Origin: an uncultured Gammaproteobacteria bacterium
Lineage (GTDB): Bacteria; Pseudomonadota; Gammaproteobacteria; Arenicellales; Poriferihabitantaceae
NCBI GenBank assembly: GCA_964403545.1
Contig: CAYOGN010000022.1
Span: 15,495 to 79,494, forward strand
Length of the DNA stretch: 64,000 bases
Direction: 5' to 3'
This document shows, in pieces, positions 28,883 to 38,689 of the stretch (positions within the stretch are counted from its first letter, which is position 1; every line of letters starts with the position of its first letter). The translations under genes were made by a program, and so were the position numbers. The notes beneath the pieces were generated by a model. That model saw only the letters and a list, made by a program, of their open reading frames with translations, made no database searches and was not told the DNA's origin.

Positions 28883-30492
28883 ATGACAGAAAACTTTTCC
28901 AGGTACGACTTTATTGTAATCGGAGCAGGCTCTGCAGATGCGTGTTGGCAAACCGTTTGAGCGAAGACCCGAACCAGCGAGTGCTGCTTCTGGAGGCCGG
29001 TAAAAAAAACCTCAGCCCGTGGATTCATGTTCCGGTTGGCTACTTCAAAACCATGCACAACCCAACTGTGGACTGGTGTTATCTGACAGCGCCAGACCCG
29101 GGTCTTAACAATCGTCAGCTCAAATGGCCCCGGGGCAAGGTGCTTGGCGGATCCAGCTCTCTTAACGGTCTGTTGTACATCCGTGGCCAGGCAGAGGATT
29201 ATGATCAATGGGCGAAATGCGGAAATAGCGGCTGGTCTTATGAAGAGGTACTACCCTATTTTAAAAAATCGGAACACCAGCAACGAGGTGCTGATACCTG
29301 GCATGGGGTCGATGGTCCGCTGAAAGTTTCGGATATTCGCCTGCGCCGAAAAATCACCGATGCATTTATTACCGCAGCCAGAGAAGCCGGTATCCCGGAA
29401 AACAGGGACTTTAATGGAGCGAGCCAGGAAGGAGTGGGGTATTTTCAGCTGACCACACACAACGGGAAGCGATGCAGTACTGCGGTGGCTTATCTAAAGC
29501 CGATAAAAAACCGGAAAAATCTGACGGTGTTGACCAATGCGCATGTCAACAGACTCAGTTTTCAGGGGCAGCGTGTTACTGGTGTGGAGTTTGTTGTTAA
29601 AGGTTCATTGCAACGTGTGCTTGCGAGCAAAGAAGTGGTATTGAGTGCAGGCACAATCGGCTCACCAGAGATACTGCAATTGTCTGGCGTTGGTGATGGC
29701 AAGCACTTGAGGTAATTCGACATTCCGATACGACAACATTTACCCGCGGTGGGGATGAACCTCCAGGACCACTTGCAGATCCGAGCGATTTACAAATGCA
29801 AACAACCTACCTTGAATGATGAGATCAACAATCCATTGCGTAAAATGATGATGGGTGTGGAATATATGCTGTTCAGAACCGGACCCATGACCATGGCCGC
29901 CAGCCAGGTGGCAATTTTTACCCGAACAAATCCCGCCGTTACGAGGCCGGATATTCAGTTTCACTTTCAACCACTGAGTTCGGACAACCCTGGTGAAGGC
30001 ACACATAAATTTTCTGCGTTTACCTCCTCCGTTTGTCAGTTACGCCCGTCGAGCAGGGGCTGGGTCAAGATTCAATCACCTGATCCGCTGAAGCATCCGA
30101 TCATTCAACCAAACTATCTCAGTACCGACCAGGACTGTCAGGTAGCGGTAGCCGGGATGAAGGTCTCGCGAAAAATTGCCGCTATGAACGCCCTTGCCAG
30201 CCATATCTCGGAAGAATTTGACCCTGGTAAACACGTCATCAGCGATCAGCAGTTGCTTGAACACGCACGCAGTACCGCCACTACAATCTACCATCCAACC
30301 AGCACCTGCAGGATGGGAGTCGCCACAGATTCAACAGCGGTAGTGGATGCAAGGTTGCGTGTCCATGGACTGGAACGGATTCGAATTGCAGATGCCTCTG
30401 TTATGCCAGCTATTGTGTCAGGCAATACCAATGCACCAACCATCATGATAGGAGAAAAATGCGCTGATATGATCAAGCGAGACTGGTCTTAG
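28883..30492 (+). pseudogene. GMC-family FAD oxidoreductase (choline/alcohol dehydrogenase-like) with a 1-nt frameshift and an in-frame TAA
   Basis: ATG 28883 gives MTENFSRYDFIVIGAGSA and then runs out of frame. Restoring one G at about 28937 gives the canonical GAGSAGCVLANRLSEDP, which joins ORF 28942..29715. TAA at 29713..29715 interrupts ...GKHLR*FDIPIRQHLPAVGMNLQDH in the same frame as ORF 29749..30492. Confidence 0.8.
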
Positions 30493-30635
30493 TTTCTCCA
30501 TCAATACCGCGGGTTGCTATATCGCCGGCGGGCGTTACGCCACTGGCGTTTAGTCTATTTGCCGACCACCCGGCCGGATATTCTTTTGGTCGACGGAAGA
30601 AGGCGGATATTCCGCAGTTTCCGAAAGCCAACAAG

Positions 30636-31649
30636 TCAATTTCGGGTGTTTGTTTCAAGGATTGAAATGACTTCTCCGGGCTTCAGTTTTTTCAGGCAAT
30701 CCAGGTGGTGCAATGGACAGATGCGTTTGAAGCATGGTCTGCAGGGCAGGTCCAGCGACAGCTTGTGGGTATGCTTGGTCAGGGGGGGTGTGAATGTATC
30801 GGTAGAAGATCCGTAAAGCGCGATCACATGACAGCCCACTGCCGCCGCCACGTGCATCAGGCCGGAGTCATTGGTCACGACCTGGGATGCCAGAGACATC
30901 AGGTCGATGGCATCGCCGAGTGATGTACGGCCGGTTAAATCAAGACACCCGGACGCGGTATTGCTTATTTCTGCTGCGATTTTCCGGTCTTTTTCCGAAC
31001 CCATGATCATGACCTGCCATCCCCGGCTTATGCATACGGCGGCCACTTCCGAAAAATGTTCTGGCGGCCATTGTTTCGCCGGACCGTATTCAGCGCCCGG
31101 GCATAGCGCAAGCAGTGGTGATCCTGATTCAAGGCCAAATTTCTCACTGGCGCTGGCGCTGTTTTCTTTTTCTACCTTGAGCTGCGGCAGGGGAATCTGA
31201 TCAAGGCCCATGGGTTTACTATCTGACTCGAGCGCGAGGGCGACGAAGCGCTGTACATTGAGTGGCAGCGAGGCAGGGTCAAGTCGTCTGATATCGTTTA
31301 ACAAACCATAGCGCTGTTCGCCGATAAAGCCCGTCCGCCGCTTAATCCCCGCCAGCCACGGAACCAACGCGGATTTAAAAGAACCCGGCAACACAATGGC
31401 CTGGTCGTATCGCCCTCTTAGTTGCCTTCCCAGTCTCCAGCGATCTGCCAGTCCGAGTTTGCCATGTCCCACCGGTATTTCGACATTAGCGTCAACCTGT
31501 GGCATGCGGGCAAGCACCGGGACGCTCCATGAGGGGGCTAAAACAGTAATGCTGCACTCAGGTTGCTGATTCCGCAGTACCTGAAACAGACTCTGCGCCA
31601 TGACCATATCGCCCACCCATGATGGCCCGACAACGAGGATATTGCTCAT
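30636..31649 (-). CDS. waaF: ADP-heptose:LPS heptosyltransferase II
   Basis: MSNILVVGPSWVGDMVMAQSL start, the GT9 fold, and a position downstream of glnE-ilvE as in pseudomonads. Confidence 0.85.
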   Translation of the reverse strand: MSNILVVGPSWVGDMVMAQSLFQVLRNQQPECSITVLAPSWSVPVLARMPQVDANVEIPVGHGKLGLADRWRLGRQLRGRYDQAIVLPGSFKSALVPWLAGIKRRTGFIGEQRYGLLNDIRRLDPASLPLNVQRFVALALESDSKPMGLDQIPLPQLKVEKENSASASEKFGLESGSPLLALCPGAEYGPAKQWPPEHFSEVAAVCISRGWQVMIMGSEKDRKIAAEISNTASGCLDLTGRTSLGDAIDLMSLASQVVTNDSGLMHVAAAVGCHVIALYGSSTDTFTPPLTKHTHKLSLDLPCRPCFKRICPLHHLDCLKKLKPGEVISILETNTRN

Positions 31650-31751
31650 TAAACCAACATAGATTGGTTCCCCATCAGTCTGGAAAACGCAGTTATATCA
31701 CGAAAACCCTGGCAAGCTCTTTACCAAACCCGCCTTTATCCGGCATTCAGT

Positions 31752-31976
31752 CTAATGTGCCGATCCAGCGGGGCCGATCAGTACATATACTGTACCGCAA
31801 TAGGGGCAGGTTTCCTCACCACTATCGGCAATGGGAAGAAATACCCTGGGATGAGAATCCCAAAGCCGTTTGCCGGGCATCGGACAGTGTAATGGCAGCT
31901 CAGCTGCGGTCACCTCAACACGTTCCTGTGCGTTGGGTTGATCGCCCTGGCTTTGATTGTTTGATGGTTTAGACAT
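31752..31976 (-). CDS. Zinc-finger (CHCC-type) domain protein
   Basis: 74 aa with LHCP ... CPYCG. It overlaps the ilvE stop by 8 nt. Confidence 0.6.
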   Translation of the reverse strand: MSKPSNNQSQGDQPNAQERVEVTAAELPLHCPMPGKRLWDSHPRVFLPIADSGEETCPYCGTVYVLIGPAGSAH

Positions 31977-32889
31977 AAGTCAGCCACCCCTCATACTCGG
32001 CAATTCTGCCGTGCACGGCATCGAAAAATCGACTCTGGATGCGTTCGGTGACAGGCCCTCGGGAACCGTTTCCTATCTGGCGATTATCTACTTCGCGAAT
32101 GGGCGTTACCTCGGCGGCAGTGCCGGTAAAGAATGCCTCATCGGCGATATACACTTCGTCCCGGGTAATTCTTTTTTCCACAAGGGTGAGACCTTCATCG
32201 GCAATTATTGTGTTTGCCGTCATCCGGGTTATTCCATCCAGCGCCGAGGTCAGGTCCGGGGTATAAATCACCCCGTTGCGTACAATAAACAGATTTTCAC
32301 CACTGCCTTCCATGACAAACCCGCTGGTATCGAGCAACAATGCCTCGTCATAACCGGTATCAAGGGCTTCCTGCAGTGCCAGCATCGAGTTTATATAGTG
32401 GCCATTGGCCTTGGCCCGGCACATGCTGACGTTGACGTGATGACGGTTGTAAGACGAAACCCTGACTCTTAACCCCTTTTCCATATTTTCTTCTCCAAGG
32501 TATGAGCCCCATTCCCAGGCAGCAACTGACAGGTGGGTATTTAGGTTGTCGGCGCGAAGCCCCATCCCTTCTGAGCCGAGAAACGCCATGGGCCTGATAT
32601 AAGCTGAGGAGAGGCCGTTTTCCCGCACCACGTCCAGTTGGGCCTGGTTAATCTGCTCTGCACTAAATGGCATTTTCATGCCCAGTATATGTGCCGATTG
32701 CAGCAGGCGGCGAGTATGATCCTGAAGACGAAAAATCGCGGTCCCTTTTTCTCCGTTATAGGCGCGTACTCCCTCAAAAACCCCCATCCCATAGTGCAGG
32801 GTATGGGTAAGCACATGAACCTTGGCATCACGCCAGGGTACCAGTTCACCATCCATCCAGATGACACCATCGCGATCACTAAAAGACAT
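31969..32889 (-). CDS. ilvE: Branched-chain amino acid aminotransferase
   Basis: IWMDGELVPWRDAKVHVLTHTLHYGMGVFEGVRAY and a class IV aminotransferase length of 306 aa. Confidence 0.95.
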   Translation of the reverse strand: MSFSDRDGVIWMDGELVPWRDAKVHVLTHTLHYGMGVFEGVRAYNGEKGTAIFRLQDHTRRLLQSAHILGMKMPFSAEQINQAQLDVVRENGLSSAYIRPMAFLGSEGMGLRADNLNTHLSVAAWEWGSYLGEENMEKGLRVRVSSYNRHHVNVSMCRAKANGHYINSMLALQEALDTGYDEALLLDTSGFVMEGSGENLFIVRNGVIYTPDLTSALDGITRMTANTIIADEGLTLVEKRITRDEVYIADEAFFTGTAAEVTPIREVDNRQIGNGSRGPVTERIQSRFFDAVHGRIAEYEGWLTYV

Positions 32890-32985
32890 TAATTACTCCG
32901 ATATTTATTGCTCACGCCCAAAAGTATACGAGTACTGATGAGCATTGAAAGAAAAGGCTACTATTAATTCACCGGCCTGCTGTTG

Positions 32986-35826
32986 TCAACCAAAAGTATC
33001 CTGCCAAAGCGCTCTCACTTGATTGCGCTGCTTCATTAGCTCTTGACGGGGAATCAAAACCTGTCGATCCATCAGTTTGAGATCAAGTGAACGACGCAGA
33101 AATTTTCGATAGATCGCTTTCAGGTCTTCCGCATTTGAGGCATCAATCAGATCGAATTCTGCCAGTTTATTGATCAGTGCTATGGTATTTCGCGGTGCTA
33201 CGATTTCGGGGTGATCCGCGGCGTTGGCCAACACCAGGTACTGCAGCAGAAACTCGATATCAACAATTCCACCATAGTCGAGCTTGACATCAAAATATTC
33301 CTCATCAGATTTGCAATTGGCTGCAATCATCCGCTGCCGCATTTCTGTAATATCAGATTTCAAAATTCCGGAGTCACGCGGTTGACATAATATGTTCCGT
33401 CTTATGCGTTCAAACTCCTGCTCCATCTTAACCCCTCCAACCACAATTCGAGCCCGAACCAGAGCCTGATGTTCCCACGTCCAGGCATTTTTTTTCTGAT
33501 AGTCTTCAAACGATTTCAGGGACGTCACCAGAGTACCGCTACGGCCACTTGGTCGCAGACGCATGTCAAGCTCAAACAGAATTCCGGCATGGGTGCGGGC
33601 CGTCAATAAGTGAATCAGGCGCTGTCCCACGCGGCTGAAATAGTACTCGGCATCGCTGTGACTCGCCTCTGTCGATGGGGTAAAACACACCACGATATCA
33701 AGGTCAGAATGGTATCCCAGTTCGCCTCCGGCGAACTTGCCATAGGCGATGATTGCAACTTTTCCGGGAGCTCGTCCGCGTTTCTCCTCTACCCTGGACA
33801 GGGCGTCGTTGAGTACTCGCTCCAGAATCACCTCCGCCAGCGTGGCCAACGCCCGCTGCACCTGGTCGCTGTCCAGTTGGCAACGAACATCGGCTGCTGC
33901 AATGCGCAATACCTGGGCATGATAAAACTCCCGCAGTGTTGTCATCCGGGCCTCAGTATCATCCTCATCGACCTGGTCCAGTCGAATGACCAGTTGCGCC
34001 ACAATTTCCTGATGGTCATGACCGCTGATAGCTGCCATTGGTTGCAGCAACTCATCCAGTATGACGGGATGCTGGCCAATATGGCGTGATATCCAGGGGC
34101 TGGCTGCGCACAGGTGTAGAAGCTGTTTCAGTGCAATGGGATTTTCGATCAGCAGGCTGAGATAGACCGAACGGTGCCCGATTGATTCAACAACTGATAT
34201 AAATGCGCTGATGGCTCGCTCAGCGTCTGAATGCTCACCAGCGTATTTTATTGCCAATGGCATAAGCCGATCGATTCGGTCCCGCTCCAGATTGGCAAAT
34301 GCCTGATACAAAGACCCCTGACGAAATTGCCCAAGCAGGCTGGCTACCGGTTCGGAGTGGGTAAATCCGGCAGTGCTTAATGCCTTGTCTGCGGCCCCGG
34401 AGTCCAACTGTCTGTGCCATAAATCCGTAAGCGCTGTTAACAATGGATCACGATTGTCGCCATCAGCGGGTGCAAGTAGCGCAGCGAACAAACCATCAAC
34501 CGTGTTGCGATGACCATTCAATACGTCGAGGAATTTCTGCCAGTTGATAGCTCCCATGGAATGGGCTAATCGTAATTGCTCCCGCGGCTCGGTCGGCAAC
34601 TTTTGGGTCTGTCGATCTGCAACCATTTGCAATCGATGCTCAACATTACGAAGGAATCTATAGGCCTGAAGCAGGTGTTTGTGGGATTCTGGATCGAGGA
34701 CGCCCAGCTCTACCATTCCCTGCAATGCCAGGTATAGGGAAGGGGTTTGCAATTTGATTTCCCGACCCCCACGAATCAATTGATGATTCTGCGCCAGAAA
34801 TTCAATTTCGCGGATTCCACCGCGACCCAGTTTGATGTCTTCCTCGCTGCCGGTCGTACGTAACTGACGTTCGATCATCGATTTCATCTCTCGTAACGAG
34901 TCAAATGCAGAAAAATCAAGGTACTTGCGATAGACAAATGGTTTCAGCATTGCAAGCAACTCCGCGCCCCTTTTCTGATCACCGGCCACTACCCGGGCTT
35001 TGATCAGGGCGTAGCGTTCCCAACTCCGGCCATGGGTCTGGTAATAATGCTCCATAGCAGCAAATGACAACACCAGGGGGCCGCTTTCACCATTTGGCCG
35101 CAGCCGCATGTCGGTACGAAAAACAAATCCGTTGGCATCCACGTGATCCAGCGAATTGATGATTTTGCGACCGAGCTTTATAAAATACTCCTGATTATTG
35201 ATCTTGCGCTCACCATCGGTTTCGCCAGCACCTTCGTAGGCAAACATCAGATCGATATCTGATGAATAATTGAGCTCCCGCCCCCCTAGCTTGCCAAGAC
35301 CCAATACCACCAGCTGAACCTTCTGATTATTTTCATCCTTTGGATCACCGAAACGAATATTGAGCCATTGGGCGTGTTTTTCGAGCGCCAGCTCGATACA
35401 GGCTTCGGCCAGACAAGTCATCGATGACATGGTTTCTTCGAGTTCCGCAAACCCCGCCAGGTCACGCCACGCAATGCGAACCATTTCACGTTGCCGAAAT
35501 TGTCGCAGGATGCGGTTGAGGGTGGTTTCATCCGTACAATGGGTAACTCGGGCAGCGAGCTTTTGTGCCCAGCAGGTGGAGATATATGCCCGATCCAGGT
35601 CGCCGCTATCAATGAGTTCAGCGAGGTTGTCCGGTTGGCGGATACACCAGGAGGAAATAAAATCACTGGCGCTAAAGACCCCTGGCAACTCCGGTCTGCC
35701 GATGGCGGCTTTGATCTCATTGTCATTCGCCACTTCGGTCAGTCGTTGCCAGACAAGTTCAAAAGCCGGTACCAACTCTGCGGCGATTGAATCAATATTG
35801 TATAGTTCCCTGACGTTACTCTGCAC
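32986..35826 (-). CDS. glnE: Bifunctional glutamine synthetase adenylyltransferase/adenylyl-removing enzyme
   Basis: 946 aa with duplicated nucleotidyltransferase motifs (GKLGGRELNYSSDIDL and GKFAGGELGYHSDLDI). Confidence 0.95.
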   Translation of the reverse strand: MQSNVRELYNIDSIAAELVPAFELVWQRLTEVANDNEIKAAIGRPELPGVFSASDFISSWCIRQPDNLAELIDSGDLDRAYISTCWAQKLAARVTHCTDETTLNRILRQFRQREMVRIAWRDLAGFAELEETMSSMTCLAEACIELALEKHAQWLNIRFGDPKDENNQKVQLVVLGLGKLGGRELNYSSDIDLMFAYEGAGETDGERKINNQEYFIKLGRKIINSLDHVDANGFVFRTDMRLRPNGESGPLVLSFAAMEHYYQTHGRSWERYALIKARVVAGDQKRGAELLAMLKPFVYRKYLDFSAFDSLREMKSMIERQLRTTGSEEDIKLGRGGIREIEFLAQNHQLIRGGREIKLQTPSLYLALQGMVELGVLDPESHKHLLQAYRFLRNVEHRLQMVADRQTQKLPTEPREQLRLAHSMGAINWQKFLDVLNGHRNTVDGLFAALLAPADGDNRDPLLTALTDLWHRQLDSGAADKALSTAGFTHSEPVASLLGQFRQGSLYQAFANLERDRIDRLMPLAIKYAGEHSDAERAISAFISVVESIGHRSVYLSLLIENPIALKQLLHLCAASPWISRHIGQHPVILDELLQPMAAISGHDHQEIVAQLVIRLDQVDEDDTEARMTTLREFYHAQVLRIAAADVRCQLDSDQVQRALATLAEVILERVLNDALSRVEEKRGRAPGKVAIIAYGKFAGGELGYHSDLDIVVCFTPSTEASHSDAEYYFSRVGQRLIHLLTARTHAGILFELDMRLRPSGRSGTLVTSLKSFEDYQKKNAWTWEHQALVRARIVVGGVKMEQEFERIRRNILCQPRDSGILKSDITEMRQRMIAANCKSDEEYFDVKLDYGGIVDIEFLLQYLVLANAADHPEIVAPRNTIALINKLAEFDLIDASNAEDLKAIYRKFLRRSLDLKLMDRQVLIPRQELMKQRNQVRALWQDTFG

Positions 35827-35882
35827 TAGTGCCCTTTCGAGGTAGTCATGTGATGGTTGATAGCAGTGGATAGCAACAAATT

Positions 35883-37334
35883 TTACTGAACAACCTTGAT
35901 CAACTGTCCCGGTTCAGGTTCACCATCCGGGTAGAGTCCGTTCAACAGCATGAGTTGATCCTCAGGATATCGGGCCAAGCTTGAACTTTCGGCCAGCTTT
36001 GCAAAGCTGTCTCCGACTTTTGCCCGAACAAGCCTGATTTTCTTTTCACTCGCGAGCCGGGTTTCTTCAGTATTCAATGTACGGATACTTTTAACGGTAT
36101 GAAAAAAGTCCCGATCGGGCAATCCATTTCTGGCAAAGCCGTTGATTACCAGCACGTTCTTTCCATGGAATACCGCAGCGACTCGAACCGGTCCCTGTCC
36201 AAACGGTGTTTTACCCTGGGTAACGGCGGTATAGCTGTCATCATCAATAGATTCACCATTGCGCAGGTTCTGAAAATTTGCCCTGAGAAATTGTTCCGGG
36301 TTGTTGGCATTCCCGATATCTTCGAGACCCACCAGAATTGCACTACTCTGCTCCTGGTTTAGCGCTATCAGGCGAGTGGGCTGATTTGTAACCTTCCAGT
36401 TCCGGGGGAAAGTCATGGCCAGGTCCAGCGCCTTATGATAAAAATTGTTGTTGTGCAACATACCCTGTTCTTCACTGTTGCCGAACGTGACCCCATTCAT
36501 TAGTTCCAGAAACGCTTCCGGGTCGCTGAGACGGGCGTCGGGTATACGAAATTCCTCTGCCGCACGCACTACTTCCTGTAGTCGTTGATCATTTCGTGGG
36601 TGGGTGGCAAATACCCCATGATACGCCATTGGTTGCCTGTTTTCCTGTTGCGCGTGTCGTAATTCAAACTCCTCCTGATCCTTGAGGATGCCGACCACCC
36701 CCAACATCATTTCCGGATCATAACCAATACCGGCAAGATATTGTGCGCCGAGGCGATCTGCCTCCAGTTCATGATCACGACCATATCCGCTGACGAAGGC
36801 CTGCCCCAGTTGGCCGGTGGCCTGGCCGGTTAACTGGCCGGCATCGGCGCTCTGGGTTAAGATTGCTACTGCAATACTGGCTAATCCGGCGGCGGTCTGG
36901 GCAGCGGTCTGGGCGCTATGCTGGCGGACACTATGTCGTGCGGTAACGTGCCCTATCTCGTGGCCAAGTACGCCAGCCAGTTGCTCTTCTTTGTTCATAT
37001 AAGCCATAATGCCCCGGGTTATGTAGACATAACCTCCGGGTGTGGCAAATGCGTTAACTTCAGGTGAATCCAGCAAGGTAAAGGTGAAGTCGAGGTGGCT
37101 ACGGTGGCTCTGGGCTGCCAATTCCTGTCCCAGTCTATCGACCAATGCCTGGAGCTCCGGGTTATCATATTCCGTATACTGTTTCATGACACTGGCATGG
37201 GTTTTTCTGCCAAGTTCGATTTCGTCAGACTCGCTCATCAAAACAAAATCAGACTTTCCAGTGACCGGGTTGGTTGCACATCCTGTCACTACCAGCAGTA
37301 TGGCGGCAATGGTAAATAATTTTAACGATTCCAT
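35883..37334 (-). CDS. M48 zinc metalloprotease lipoprotein with C-terminal LysM-like domain
   Basis: The start at MESLKLFTIAAILLVVTGC (lipobox, ATG 37334) is preferred over the 81-codon upstream extension. HEIGHVTARH is present, and the tail VRAKVGDSFAKLA ... LLNGL ... PGQLIKVV is LysM-like. Confidence 0.8.
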   Translation of the reverse strand: MESLKLFTIAAILLVVTGCATNPVTGKSDFVLMSESDEIELGRKTHASVMKQYTEYDNPELQALVDRLGQELAAQSHRSHLDFTFTLLDSPEVNAFATPGGYVYITRGIMAYMNKEEQLAGVLGHEIGHVTARHSVRQHSAQTAAQTAAGLASIAVAILTQSADAGQLTGQATGQLGQAFVSGYGRDHELEADRLGAQYLAGIGYDPEMMLGVVGILKDQEEFELRHAQQENRQPMAYHGVFATHPRNDQRLQEVVRAAEEFRIPDARLSDPEAFLELMNGVTFGNSEEQGMLHNNNFYHKALDLAMTFPRNWKVTNQPTRLIALNQEQSSAILVGLEDIGNANNPEQFLRANFQNLRNGESIDDDSYTAVTQGKTPFGQGPVRVAAVFHGKNVLVINGFARNGLPDRDFFHTVKSIRTLNTEETRLASEKKIRLVRAKVGDSFAKLAESSSLARYPEDQLMLLNGLYPDGEPEPGQLIKVVQ

Positions 37335-37399
37335 CGTTTCACTTTTGAACGGTAATTGGTAACGTTCATTATAATGTTTTGCTTTCAGACTGTCAGTTA

Positions 37400-37455
37400 T
37401 TCGGGACACGGTGTCCGGGACACGGTCTCCGGGACACCGCGTCCGGGCAGGGTAC
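37400..37455. repeat. Four tandem copies of a 14-bp unit (TCCGGGACACGGTN) in a divergent promoter region
   Basis: Units at 37400, 37414, 37428 and 37442, the last one degenerate. Unit junctions create the palindrome GTGTCC-G-GGACAC. Confidence 0.6.
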
Positions 37456-37534
37456 CAATAAACAGTGCTGTTCATTGCAGCAGTGTTGCCCATGTTACAG
37501 TTTGCAGCGTTGTATTCGCTGGTAAAATGTAATT

Positions 37535-38689
37535 GTGAAAATAAAACTGCATTCAAAAATTCAGGATATCGACGCAACGCAATGGAATGCGATGGTGGAT
37601 AGAAATTATCCCTTTACCCAGTACCAGTTTCTGGATGCAATGGAACGTCACCGCTGCGTCGGCGATCACGCCGGCTGGATTCCGCGCCATCTTGCCTGTT
37701 ATGACGATAACGATCATCTGGTGGGCGCTATGCCGATGTATGAAAAGCACAATTCCTGGGGCGAATTCGTATTTGATCATGCCTGGGCTGACGCCTATCA
37801 CCGGGCGGGAATTCAATATTACCCAAAACTGGTGAACGCAATTCCTTTTACCCCCGCTACTGGTCAGCGAATTCTGGCACATTCTGATCAAAGGCAGCGT
37901 ATAGTGGAAAATTTGCTAGGCGCTGGACGTCAGCTTATGCAACGGGGAGAATTTAGCGGGATCCACTCGTTGTTTATTCAGGATCGTGATTTCGACCTGT
38001 TGAACCGAACCCCGGGGTTGATGCGTATCGATTGCCAGTTTCACTGGCACAACCACGACTATGTTAGTTTCGACCAGTTTTTGTCGACCCTGAAGTCGAA
38101 AAAACGCAAGAACATTCGTCACGAACGGCGCAAGGTTTTAGACTCCGGGGTTACCATTCGCCGACTCGATGGTCGCAGTGCGAGTGAACAGGACTGGCGG
38201 GATTTTACCCGGATGTATCAACAGATTTATGAACGTAAATATGGCGCTCCTGCATTCAATCTGGAATTTTTTCTTGAGGTTGCTGCCAGGTTGCCAGATC
38301 AGGTGTTGCTGGTAATGGTCAACGATGGCGATCAATGCATTGCCGGTGCATTGATGTATCTCGATGACCATACCCTGTATGGCCGCCATTGGGGTTGCCG
38401 CAACTATCTAGACAGCCTTCACTTCGAAGTTTGTTACTACCAGGGAATTGAGTTTTGTATTGAACGCGGCCTTTCCCGGTTTGATCCCGGGGCCCAGGGA
38501 GAACATAAAGTCGCCCGCGGATTTGTTCCCACAGAGACTCGCTCACTGCACTGGATTGCCGCTCGCCCATTTCAGCAGGCCATCGCCGATTTTGTGTTGC
38601 GGGAGCAATCTGGCGTCAGGGGGTATATGCAGGCTGTGGCTGCCCGTTCACCCTACCAGCAAGGCACCGTGGGAGGATCATTGCCGTGA
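37535..38689 (+). CDS. FemAB-like / DUF482 GNAT-fold protein
   Basis: 384 aa. The pattern W..L......PF..Y.FL.A.E, WIPRHL and the later YGRHWG are typical of the DUF482 family. GTG start. Confidence 0.65.
   Translation: MKIKLHSKIQDIDATQWNAMVDRNYPFTQYQFLDAMERHRCVGDHAGWIPRHLACYDDNDHLVGAMPMYEKHNSWGEFVFDHAWADAYHRAGIQYYPKLVNAIPFTPATGQRILAHSDQRQRIVENLLGAGRQLMQRGEFSGIHSLFIQDRDFDLLNRTPGLMRIDCQFHWHNHDYVSFDQFLSTLKSKKRKNIRHERRKVLDSGVTIRRLDGRSASEQDWRDFTRMYQQIYERKYGAPAFNLEFFLEVAARLPDQVLLVMVNDGDQCIAGALMYLDDHTLYGRHWGCRNYLDSLHFEVCYYQGIEFCIERGLSRFDPGAQGEHKVARGFVPTETRSLHWIAARPFQQAIADFVLREQSGVRGYMQAVAARSPYQQGTVGGSLP

Noticed and set aside
28942-30492. Treating 28942..29715 and 29749..30492 as two separate GMC-domain genes.
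   Set aside because: They are in the same frame, separated by a single TAA inside a conserved motif. The true N-terminus lies in another frame upstream. One disrupted gene explains all three pieces.
31957-32472. 171-aa plus-strand ORF.
   Set aside because: It is antisense to ilvE.
33610-35845. Plus-strand ORFs of 159 aa and 161 aa (33610..34089 and 35360..35845).
   Set aside because: They are antisense shadows within glnE.
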